Below, one piece after another: positions 9,399-16,627 of a stretch of 33,362 bases of DNA; the first letter of the stretch is position 1, and the number at the start of each line of letters is the position of its first letter. The notes beneath the pieces were generated by a model. The model was not told the DNA's origin and made no database searches. It saw nothing but the letters and a program-made list of their open reading frames with translations. The position numbers and the translations under genes are program-made. This stretch comes from Candidatus Dojkabacteria bacterium (GTDB lineage Bacteria > Patescibacteriota > Dojkabacteria > SC72 > JAFGCJ01): contig JAQVGB010000001.1 of the NCBI GenBank assembly GCA_028696915.1, positions 1 through 33,362 of the forward strand, in the 5' to 3' direction.

Positions 9399-11855
9399 AT
9401 GCCAGAACAACCAGATCGAAAAAACATAATCATAGCGCTCCGGGACATCCGGAAAAGTTTCGACACCAAAGGACAGCAAACGGTGGTGCTCAGAGGTGTA
9501 GACCTCGACATTCACAAAGGTGAGCTTTTGATGATCTTCGGCCCATCCGGATGCGGAAAGTCGACACTTCTCAACGTCATCCTCGGGCTGGAACAGCCCG
9601 ATACCGGCACCGTTGATTTCCTGGGAATTAACCTCTGGACACTTAATGAAGACGATCGCGCCAGCATCCGTAAACGCACCATCGGGACAATGAACCAACA
9701 GCAGTTCTGGATCAATTCCCTTACCGTCAAAGAAAATGTCGCATTTCCCCGGCAACTGCTCGGATCATCCTTCGACGAGGCGCTACCACACGCGGAGGAA
9801 AAGCTCACGCTTGTCGGCATGTCGCACCGTATCGACTATATCCCACGGGAACTATCATCGGGAGAACAGCAGAAAATCAGCCTTGCGCGAGCGTTGATCT
9901 CAAATCCGACGGTCATTATCTCGGATGAGCCGACCGGAAATCTTGACGTAAAAAGCGGTTTTGAACTGATGGACCTACTTGCCTCACTTCGCGACAATGG
10001 CACAACGATCGTCATGGTCACCCATAACCCGGAGTACCTTTCCTACGCGGACCGCGTCATTTTCATGATCGACGGCAAGATCCACAAGGATGTCCGCCCG
10101 CAAAAAAAGGACGTCAACAAGATCCGCAAGGAGCTGACCGAAACACTCAAACAGTACCTGCGCAGTAATAACGCCGATGATTCTTCAGGCGACGAGGGCA
10201 GGACAAAGAGTATTCGGACATCCGGAACATCCCGGAGTATCTCCCGTGCCATACGATTGTTTGCGACAGAGTTCAGGTCCGATTTCACCGACTTTTTCAC
10301 GTACTTTATCAGCATCAGCACATACCTGCTTGCAACGACAAGTTCACATCTCAGTCACAAGATACTGAGGAAAAAGCCCTCAGAAAAGATCATGAAACAC
10401 GTGAAAAGGGACCGCGCCTCCGCCACCATCAGTCCCGGCATCAACAGCTTTGATGTCGTCGATCTTTCCTATAAAAACATCATGAACAAGCGGGTCAGGA
10501 CATTCATCACCATCGGTGCCATGGGCATCGGAATCGGATTCGTTATGTTCCTGATCTCCATCGGGTACGGCCTGCGCGATCTGATCGTTTCGAGAATTGC
10601 CACCGTCGAGGACACACGACAGATAGAAATCGCCGCACCAGCCAGCAGTAACATTTTCCTAGACGACTCCACGATCGCGAAAGTGAACAACATCAATGGA
10701 ATCGAAACAACCCAGCCACTTATCAGTATCGCAGGACAGATCACCTACAACGACTCACTGTCTGATGTCGTGGCACACGGGGTGCGATATGACTATCTCG
10801 AACACACTTCGATCAGGCTCTCTGGGGGTGAATTCTTCGATCCTCCGCAGGAACCGGAGGACCAACCTGATAGTGATGATCAAACTGCCAGTCCGGAGAC
10901 CAGTCCGGAGACCAGTCCGGAGACTGGGGCGTCAGAGCCGGAAGCCGAGCCCGAACCAACGCCTGACGATACACCGATACAGCTCGACTATCAGGACCAG
11001 GTAGTCATAAACGAACAATTACTTCAGACGCTTGGAATTGAGGCAGAGGCCGCTATAGGAGCCACGGTGCAAATCGCGTACATCCCGGTTGGGTCAGGTA
11101 TTGAAAATGAAGGGACAAGCGCCCAAGAAACCGGAACCGACGACACACCAAACGGACTCAACGATACAGAAGACCCCGACGAAAACACCTCCGACATGAC
11201 CCGTCCGCTTCCTCACACAATCGTCGGCGTTGTAGCAGATGACAATCCGCCGGTCGCATATGTACCAATCAGTAATATTAAAATGCTCGGACTTTCCACC
11301 TACACCCAATTGACCGCCATCCTCGAAACAAACGACCAGGACCTGAGCACCACGACCCGCAAAACCATCGAAGCAATGGGGTACGAAACACATTCGACAT
11401 TCGACACTATTTCTCAGGTCGACCGGATCTTCCGCTATATCAACATCGCACTCCTCACCATCGGCCTTGTAGCCCTTTCGGTGGCCGTTCTTGGCATGGT
11501 TAACACACTAACCGTCTCCCTGCTTGAACGAACCCACGAAGTCGGCCTCATGAAAGCGCTCGGCATGATGTCGAAAGAAATCCGTTTCCTCTTCATCTCT
11601 GAATCGATGCTCATCAGCATATTTGGAGGAATTCTTGGCATTGCCATTGGAGTGCTCGAGGGCAAAACACTTTCCCTCGTGCTGTCGGCGATATCCATAT
11701 CGCGCGGTGAAGAAGCGATCGACGTCACCTCGATCCCATGGTACCTGATCATCGTGGTTGTCGTGGCGGCAGGGATTGTCGGCTTTTTGACGGGATTGTA
11801 TCCGTCACGTCGCGCCGTCCGTATGTCCGCTCTGGATGCATTGCGGTATGAATAA
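9399..11855 (+). CDS. MacB-type ABC transporter, fused ATPase plus FtsX-family permease
   Basis: ATPase motifs: Walker A GPSGCGKST, signature LSSGEQQK, Walker B IISDEPTGNLD, H-loop VMVTHN. A ~130-aa linker precedes TM1 (TFITIGAMGIGIGFVMFLISIGYGL). Next is a ~300-aa extracytoplasmic domain, then a C-terminal FtsX-type 3-TM bundle (LKALGMMSKEIRFLFISESMLISIFGGILGIAIG...ALDALRYE). The order NBD-TM1-ECD-TM2-4 is the MacB architecture. Confidence 0.85.
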   Translation: MPEQPDRKNIIIALRDIRKSFDTKGQQTVVLRGVDLDIHKGELLMIFGPSGCGKSTLLNVILGLEQPDTGTVDFLGINLWTLNEDDRASIRKRTIGTMNQQQFWINSLTVKENVAFPRQLLGSSFDEALPHAEEKLTLVGMSHRIDYIPRELSSGEQQKISLARALISNPTVIISDEPTGNLDVKSGFELMDLLASLRDNGTTIVMVTHNPEYLSYADRVIFMIDGKIHKDVRPQKKDVNKIRKELTETLKQYLRSNNADDSSGDEGRTKSIRTSGTSRSISRAIRLFATEFRSDFTDFFTYFISISTYLLATTSSHLSHKILRKKPSEKIMKHVKRDRASATISPGINSFDVVDLSYKNIMNKRVRTFITIGAMGIGIGFVMFLISIGYGLRDLIVSRIATVEDTRQIEIAAPASSNIFLDDSTIAKVNNINGIETTQPLISIAGQITYNDSLSDVVAHGVRYDYLEHTSIRLSGGEFFDPPQEPEDQPDSDDQTASPETSPETSPETGASEPEAEPEPTPDDTPIQLDYQDQVVINEQLLQTLGIEAEAAIGATVQIAYIPVGSGIENEGTSAQETGTDDTPNGLNDTEDPDENTSDMTRPLPHTIVGVVADDNPPVAYVPISNIKMLGLSTYTQLTAILETNDQDLSTTTRKTIEAMGYETHSTFDTISQVDRIFRYINIALLTIGLVALSVAVLGMVNTLTVSLLERTHEVGLMKALGMMSKEIRFLFISESMLISIFGGILGIAIGVLEGKTLSLVLSAISISRGEEAIDVTSIPWYLIIVVVVAAGIVGFLTGLYPSRRAVRMSALDALRYE
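10888..10923 (+). repeat. Perfect 12-nt x3 tandem repeat (ccagtccggaga) encoding (SPET)3 inside the ABC permease
   Basis: Read directly: 10888..10899, 10900..10911 and 10912..10923 are identical. The repeat sits in an acidic, Pro-rich low-complexity insert. Confidence 0.95.
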
Positions 11856-11911
11856 CCCCGCTACCATATAGTATGGAAATGTCGTACTGGCGATCTTTTT
11901 GTACTATAAGT

Positions 11912-11972
11912 TGGCGCACCCGGCAGGACTCGCCTGTCCGCCTCTGGCGGAAACCTCCAACCTTTGGTTCCG
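11912..11972 (-). pseudogene. tRNA-Arg-derived 3' fragment with an 18-nt hairpin insertion in the T-loop, ending in G-CCA (element R1)
   Basis: Minus strand: CGGAACCAAAGGTTGGAGGTT + TCCGCCAGAGGCGGACAGG + CGAGTCCTGCCGGGTGC-G-CCA. The first 21 nt equal positions 35-55 of the adjacent tRNA-Arg(UCG). The last 17 nt match the 3' end of tRNA-Arg(GCG) at 16 of 17 positions. Confidence 0.6.
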
Positions 11973-11985
11973 ATCCCGCCATCAC

Positions 11986-12059
11986 CGCATCTAGGAGGAC
12001 TCGAACCTCCAACCTTTGGTTCCGAAGACCAACGCTCTATCCAATTGAGCTATAGATGC
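11986..12059 (-). tRNA. tRNA-Arg (anticodon UCG)
   Basis: Hand-folded cloverleaf on the minus strand: GCATCTA TA GCTC AATTGGATA GAGC G TTGGT CT-TCG-GA ACCAA AGGTT GGAGG TTCGAGT CCTCC TAGATGC, discriminator G. No CCA is encoded. Confidence 0.9.
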
Positions 12060-12072
12060 GGAGGTGGCGGGA

Positions 12073-12095
12073 TTATCCAATTAAGCTACGGGTGC
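12073..12095 (-). pseudogene. tRNA-Arg-like 5' fragment (acceptor 5' strand plus D-arm start)
   Basis: Minus strand GCACCCGTAGCTTAATTGGATAA: its first 15 nt (GCACCCGTAGCTTAA) are identical to the 5' end of tRNA-Arg(GCG) and similarity then weakens. Its acceptor strand is complementary to CGGGTGC in element R1. Confidence 0.55.
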
Positions 12096-12181
12096 ACACC
12101 ATGCTTGCTCAGACCATATGCGCTATAGAACGAACACCTCCTATCACTGCACTCTCTGCTCAGCAGACTGCAGATACTACA

Positions 12182-12625
12182 TCACGTGTATGTAACAGTC
12201 TGTATTGGCGCAACAACCGTGCCCTCCAAAAAGTTCTTCGTCACCAGTTTCATATCCTCGTGAACGATCTCGTCATTTGATATATTCCAGAATCGTTCAA
12301 GATCAAAATATCGCGCGTCCAGAACATTATCATCGCTAATCGTGACACCCTCGGATTCAGCCTTACATCCGAATACCAGATACAACGTCTTATCAACCGG
12401 AGTGACCGAAAGATACCCGGCAACCAGCCCTTCGACGCTCACCTTCACCCCACACTCTTCCATCACCTCCCGCTGAACCGCGTCACTAAGCGTCCGGTCC
12501 GAAGATTCCTCAAAGGTACCGCTTACTAAGTTCCACTTCTCAAGCTGAGCCGATTTGAGGCTTCTTTCACGAACAAGAAGGATCTTATTGCTCTTAATTA
12601 CGATGGCCCCGAACGTGATGGTCAT
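12182..12625 (-). CDS. NUDIX hydrolase
   Basis: Nudix box REVMEECGV is preceded by SGTFEESSDRTLSDAVQ, which has slightly longer G-to-RE spacing than the consensus. I take ATG 12625 (MTITFGAIVIKS...) as the start. The ORF track begins at a TTG at 12637, only 11 nt from the tRNA. Confidence 0.75.
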   Translation of the reverse strand: MTITFGAIVIKSNKILLVRERSLKSAQLEKWNLVSGTFEESSDRTLSDAVQREVMEECGVKVSVEGLVAGYLSVTPVDKTLYLVFGCKAESEGVTISDDNVLDARYFDLERFWNISNDEIVHEDMKLVTKNFLEGTVVAPIQTVTYT

Positions 12626-12647
12626 GCTATTTCGCAATTAATTCAAA

Positions 12648-12720
12648 CGCACCCGGCAGGATTCGAACCTGCAACCTTTGGTTCCGCAAACCAATGCTCT
12701 ATCCGTTAAGCTACGGGTGC
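12648..12720 (-). tRNA. tRNA-Arg (anticodon GCG)
   Basis: GCACCCG TA GCTT AACGGATA GAGC A TTGGT TT-GCG-GA ACCAA AGGTT GCAGG TTCGAAT CCTGC CGGGTGC, discriminator G. A promoter-like tttttgtaCTATAAGTGAGCGGcgt directly abuts the 5' end. Confidence 0.9.
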
Positions 12721-12777
12721 ACGCCGCTCACTTATAGTACAAAAACGTTCCGATGACAAGCTTCTCGTGCTATAGGT

Positions 12778-12842
12778 TGGCGCGATCGCACCTGGCAGGA
12801 CTCGCCTGTCCGCCTCCGGCGGGAACCTGCAATCCGATTTCC
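12778..12842 (-). pseudogene. tRNA-Arg(UCU)-derived T-arm and acceptor 3' fragment with a 19-nt hairpin insertion in the T-loop (element R2)
   Basis: Minus strand: TGCAGGTT + CCCGCCGGAGGCGGACAGG + CGAGTCCTGCCAGGTGC + GATCGCGCCA. The 17-nt 3' piece is identical to the 3' end of the adjacent tRNA-Arg(UCU). The insertion is at the same T-loop position as in R1 and is near-identical to it. Confidence 0.6.
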
Positions 12843-12854
12843 ACACCACTTCTT

Positions 12855-12927
12855 CGCACCTGGCAGGACTCGAACCTGCAACCTACTGCTTAGAAGGCAG
12901 TTGCTCTATCCGTTGAGCTACAGGTGC
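12855..12927 (-). tRNA. tRNA-Arg (anticodon UCU)
   Basis: GCACCTG TA GCTC AACGGATA GAGC A ACTGC CT-TCT-AA GCAGT AGGTT GCAGG TTCGAGT CCTGC CAGGTGC, discriminator G. Confidence 0.9.
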
Positions 12928-12958
12928 ATATGATGCGATTTATTCCAACGCCACGCGA

Positions 12959-12967
12959 ATTGTAGCA
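12959..12967 (-). promoter_or_regulatory. Extended -10 (TGcTACAAT) upstream of tRNA-Arg(UCU)
   Basis: Minus strand reads TGCTACAAT about 30 nt upstream of the tRNA 5' end. Confidence 0.4.
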
Positions 12968-12997
12968 CTAGATCAAGGGTAAGTCTAAGGATGAGTC

Positions 12998-13858
12998 TTA
13001 GTCTTCAATCCACCATTCATTCCCGTCCGAAACGATCTCGATCGTCCCCCACTCGTCAGTTCGAAGATACTCAAGACCCAGAGCATCAAATCGTTCCAGA
13101 ATCTCCTTATGGGGATGTCCGAAAGAGTTGTCCGCCCCAACACTGCAAATCGCCAGTTCAGGAGAAGCCATCCTTAGAAAAGATTCCCCGCTTGATGTAT
13201 GGGAACAATGGTGGCCCGCCTTCAGCACATCGACAGCACGCACATTGCTCCTCCATTCACTTTTCAACAGTGACTCCTCGCCTGATTGGGTGAGATCTCC
13301 GGTCAACAGCGCGTGAAACGTCCCATATTCTACACTTACCACAAGCGAACATCCGTTCACATCCGAACGATCTCTGCTTTCACCAAAGTCACCATAGATA
13401 CTTACACTCAACACACACAAATCACCACCAGAAACCATACTTACACCAACCTCTTGGCTTACATACACCAATTTCACATTTTCGAAATTGACCTTTTCAA
13501 GTAATTCCTGAGATACGGAATCGTACTCACACACCTCCGGAACAAGAAACATCCCGACTTCATAGCGGTCCACTATTTCAAACAACCCCTCATAGTGATC
13601 AGCATGCGGATGAGTCAAAACAACAACATCTAGTTCATGAACCCACGGTGGCAGAGTCGAGCCAAGTTCAGACAGCACCGCATCTCCCGGACCGCCATCG
13701 ACAAGAATCGTCAACCCCGAAGGTGTCCTGATAAAAATTCCATCACCCTGCCCCACATCGAAAATCCATATATGTAACTGTGTATCAGCACGCCACCCAA
13801 ACCAAAGACCGGATAGACACAGGATCGTTGCAATTGTGAACATCAACACTGGCTTCAT
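12998..13858 (-). CDS. ComEC-type metallo-beta-lactamase-fold domain protein with its own N-terminal membrane anchor
   Basis: Contains HxHxDH (VVLTHPHADHYEGL) and the ComEC-MBL-like KAGHHCSHTSS motif. The N-terminus is hydrophobic (MKPVLMFTIATILCLSGLWFGW). Its start overlaps the comEC stop by 4 nt (ATGA). Confidence 0.8.
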   Translation of the reverse strand: MKPVLMFTIATILCLSGLWFGWRADTQLHIWIFDVGQGDGIFIRTPSGLTILVDGGPGDAVLSELGSTLPPWVHELDVVVLTHPHADHYEGLFEIVDRYEVGMFLVPEVCEYDSVSQELLEKVNFENVKLVYVSQEVGVSMVSGGDLCVLSVSIYGDFGESRDRSDVNGCSLVVSVEYGTFHALLTGDLTQSGEESLLKSEWRSNVRAVDVLKAGHHCSHTSSGESFLRMASPELAICSVGADNSFGHPHKEILERFDALGLEYLRTDEWGTIEIVSDGNEWWIED

Positions 13859-15399
13859 GTGCGAACTTGACCTGAAATTACCAGGCCATCCGACCGCACA
13901 TCCCTATCATTACCCGGATAAAACGCAACAATGGTCAAACCCAGCGCTACGTACAGTACCGCACATATCCAGGCCGATTCTACTGAAAATTCAACGATTG
14001 CCCACGATGGCTGGGCCAAACACTCCACAACCCAGACAAAATACCGCAGTATCACCCACGCGGGCAGAGCCACAACAATAGCAAGACTACGTGATATACA
14101 CGACACGGCGATGAGAAACACCCCCAGTCCCATAACCGGAGCAATGGTCGGAGCAACCAGTATATTCGCAATCAGCGCCACCACCGACACCGACCCAAAG
14201 TGATACGAGACGACAGGAAAAGAAGCCACTATCGCCGACAATGTCACCGACACCGATTCCGAAAAACCTTTGAGAAACCCTGCAAAGAACCGATCAATGA
14301 CCGGTGAAACATATATGAGGCCAAACGTCGACGAAAAGGAAAGCTGGAAGCTCAAATCGTAGAGGACACGAGGATCTGCCAGCACGAGCAATGCGGCGCT
14401 CAGCGGTAAAGCAACGTGCACGACAGAGGTATTACCCGAAAGCGTACCAAGCGTTGCCATCGTCACCATCAATCCTGCTCGTATAACCGGAATACTCGCG
14501 CCGGAAATCAGAACAAATGACCAGACCGCAACAAGTCCCATCAGCAAACGCTTCTTGCGCGACAGAACGGACAACATCCGATCCACCGACGTAGCAACGA
14601 TCGCCACATTGTATCCCGAAGCCGCAATAATATGTGTTGTCCCTGTTATCCGCAGGCTTTCCGAAAACCACACCGGCATGCTCCCTTCGACACCCAACAG
14701 CATACCGCCCAGAAGCGCCGCATGCGGCTCGGGAAGGTACAACTGAAGCCGCTTGAGCAAATTCCCACGAATTCGGACATGTACATTCGCCATACCTTCG
14801 GCCTTTTCAATAACGGTGAGCACCCGAGCACGGTACATAACCGAATAGATATCCTTTCTGTGCAGAAATTGCTCATATGAAAAATCAGAGTCCGGAGAAT
14901 CTCTCGGCCGCTCCAGCAGACCAGTCACGACAATTCGGTCTGCGTCTCCCACGGCAGGATACCGGGGAAGAAACACCTGCACCTTCCCGGTGACCACGTG
15001 CCACTCTTCACACTCGTCCTTCTCGATATCCGTGCACACGCGGTCGGCAGACAGAACACAGGAAATCCGGTCCGGTTTTTTCCCGCACTCTCCCGAAACA
15101 ACCCCCTCCACCATTGTAAAAGAGGTCGCATTATATGAGATATCACGATCGGGGATGGTCAGACTCACAGACCCCACCCTGATACTCACTAATGCTATCC
15201 CAAAAACAAACGGGATACATTTCACAACGCTTCTTTTTGCAATTCCCACCAAAATCACAACGATTGCACACCCCACAACTACACCAAAAGGGAAAAGGGA
15301 ACCGAAAAAGACACCAATACACCACTGCAACAATGGAACCAACACGACAAAACGACCTATAGCAACGAGTCGACAACTCAACACTTGCACTATAGGCAT
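13855..15399 (-). CDS. comEC: ComEC/Rec2 DNA-uptake channel (OB/DUF4131-like plus competence domain), lacking the MBL domain
   Basis: Polytopic membrane protein. It carries the competence-domain motif THIIAASGYNVAIV, which I recall as H-L/I-x-A-I/V-SG-x-H/N. It is preceded by comEA and followed by the MBL gene. Confidence 0.8.
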   Translation of the reverse strand: MPIVQVLSCRLVAIGRFVVLVPLLQWCIGVFFGSLFPFGVVVGCAIVVILVGIAKRSVVKCIPFVFGIALVSIRVGSVSLTIPDRDISYNATSFTMVEGVVSGECGKKPDRISCVLSADRVCTDIEKDECEEWHVVTGKVQVFLPRYPAVGDADRIVVTGLLERPRDSPDSDFSYEQFLHRKDIYSVMYRARVLTVIEKAEGMANVHVRIRGNLLKRLQLYLPEPHAALLGGMLLGVEGSMPVWFSESLRITGTTHIIAASGYNVAIVATSVDRMLSVLSRKKRLLMGLVAVWSFVLISGASIPVIRAGLMVTMATLGTLSGNTSVVHVALPLSAALLVLADPRVLYDLSFQLSFSSTFGLIYVSPVIDRFFAGFLKGFSESVSVTLSAIVASFPVVSYHFGSVSVVALIANILVAPTIAPVMGLGVFLIAVSCISRSLAIVVALPAWVILRYFVWVVECLAQPSWAIVEFSVESAWICAVLYVALGLTIVAFYPGNDRDVRSDGLVISGQVRT

Positions 15400-16097
15400 A
15401 TCGAATCCTTAAACTTGTCAAGTGTCTTGTCGCCTATTCCCGAAACAGAAAGTAGGTCCGACACCGCACGATAAGGCCTTCCGCTAATAATCTTTTCGGC
15501 CGTGGACGGACCAACACCCGGCAATGTTTCGAGTTCGGACGGAGATGCGGTGTTTATACTCACGCAGGAAGCTGATACCTCTGTCACTCCCGATCCCGCC
15601 GCCACCACGCTTTCCGGGACTGCACCACCGACAACCGCGCCACACTCCACCGCCGAAACAGAAGGAACAAACACCTTTGAATTCGGGATGACATGCTGAG
15701 CTAGGTTTAAATTTCTCGAGATCCACGGCAGGCATGCGTCTCCCGAAAACCCTCCCGCCGCTCCAACTACATCGTCGATAATCGAATCATCAGACAGACA
15801 CAGGACACCCGGCTGAGCAACCGCACCAGACACTTCAATCCAGACACCATTGGTACACCCTTCGTCCACAGCACTACCAGAAAGCCCCCCAGGGTTATCA
15901 CCCTCATCGATTCCTTCAGAAATGAACGTATCGCCAGCCGGAGGCACGATGTCTCCGGAAGAGGCCGTCAGATGCGTCACACCCCACACTCCTCCCGCCC
16001 CAAGCAAAACCCCCGCGATACATCCCGCGGTGGCAGCCTGCACAATTGTTATCCGGGAAAGTAGCGCTTTCAAACGCTCACGATCGAAATTCACCAT
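15390..16097 (-). CDS. comEA: ComEA-like DNA receptor (membrane anchor, SLBB-like region, tandem helix-hairpin-helix)
   Basis: The C-terminus reads INTASPSELETLPGVGPSTAEKIISGRPYRAVSDLLSVSGIGDKTLDKF, which is two HhH GxG motifs. There is an N-terminal TM segment, and the gene overlaps the comEC start by 10 nt. Confidence 0.8.
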   Translation of the reverse strand: MVNFDRERLKALLSRITIVQAATAGCIAGVLLGAGGVWGVTHLTASSGDIVPPAGDTFISEGIDEGDNPGGLSGSAVDEGCTNGVWIEVSGAVAQPGVLCLSDDSIIDDVVGAAGGFSGDACLPWISRNLNLAQHVIPNSKVFVPSVSAVECGAVVGGAVPESVVAAGSGVTEVSASCVSINTASPSELETLPGVGPSTAEKIISGRPYRAVSDLLSVSGIGDKTLDKFKDSICL

Positions 16098-16211
16098 ACA
16101 CGAAAAATATCATCCTTCAATGATGAATTTCTGTAACAAATGTGAAACCTTAATGAGCACGTGAGGAACACAAAGACATTCCACGACCATACGGATAGTT
16201 GTCGGTGGCAA

Positions 16212-16240
16212 TTGACGGCCAGTCAATTTCATACTATACG
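16212..16240 (+). promoter_or_regulatory. Putative promoter TTGACG-17-TATACG for the RNHCP gene
   Basis: TTGACG (16212..16217), 17-nt spacer, TATACG (16235..16240), with ATG at 16249. The CTATACGTGAGTGA box belongs to the same motif family as 539 and 9378. Confidence 0.45.
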
Positions 16241-16248
16241 TGAGTGAA

Positions 16249-16554
16249 ATGAAGACATTCACACGAACACAAGAAACCTTCACCTGCGAAGTTTGTGGAG
16301 CCGTGACCCACGGAAACGGCTATACGGACCACTGTCCCAACTGCCTCTGGTCAAAACACGTGGATGTCAACCCGGGAGACCGCAGAGCCACATGCAGAGG
16401 ACTGATGGAGCCGATCGGTTGTACAACCTCGAACAAAACAACGAGAATCCATTACCGCTGTACCGTGTGCGCCTACCGACATCAAGTGACCACCGCACCC
16501 GGTGACAATCAGGAAGCCATACAAAAAATTTCCCAGAACCCGATTCCCCTCTAA
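16249..16554 (+). CDS. RNHCP domain-containing zinc-ribbon-like protein
   Basis: FTCEVCG...GYTDHCPNCLWSKHVDVNPGDRRATCRGLMEP...YRCTVCAY matches the RNHCP-family pattern as I recall it. I chose ATG 16249. The track start, GTG 16240, overlaps the -10 box. Confidence 0.65.
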   Translation: MKTFTRTQETFTCEVCGAVTHGNGYTDHCPNCLWSKHVDVNPGDRRATCRGLMEPIGCTTSNKTTRIHYRCTVCAYRHQVTTAPGDNQEAIQKISQNPIPL

Positions 16555-16559
16555 GAAGA

Positions 16560-16591
16560 ACCGCGGACATACATCCAAGATCGGCCGCGGT
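16560..16591. terminator. Weak candidate bidirectional hairpin between convergent genes
   Basis: ACCGCGG (16560..16566) and CCGCGGT (16585..16591) form a 7-bp stem with an 18-nt loop. There is no clear U-tract. Confidence 0.25.
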
Positions 16592-16627
16592 CGTTTACCA
16601 GTCCAATATCTATGGGTCATTAAGCCT

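Noticed and set aside
11873-12280. ORFs 11873..12055 and 12056..12280 (+).
   Set aside because: They run antisense through tRNA-Arg(UCG), the tRNA fragments and the NUDIX 3' end. They have no motifs and are spurious.
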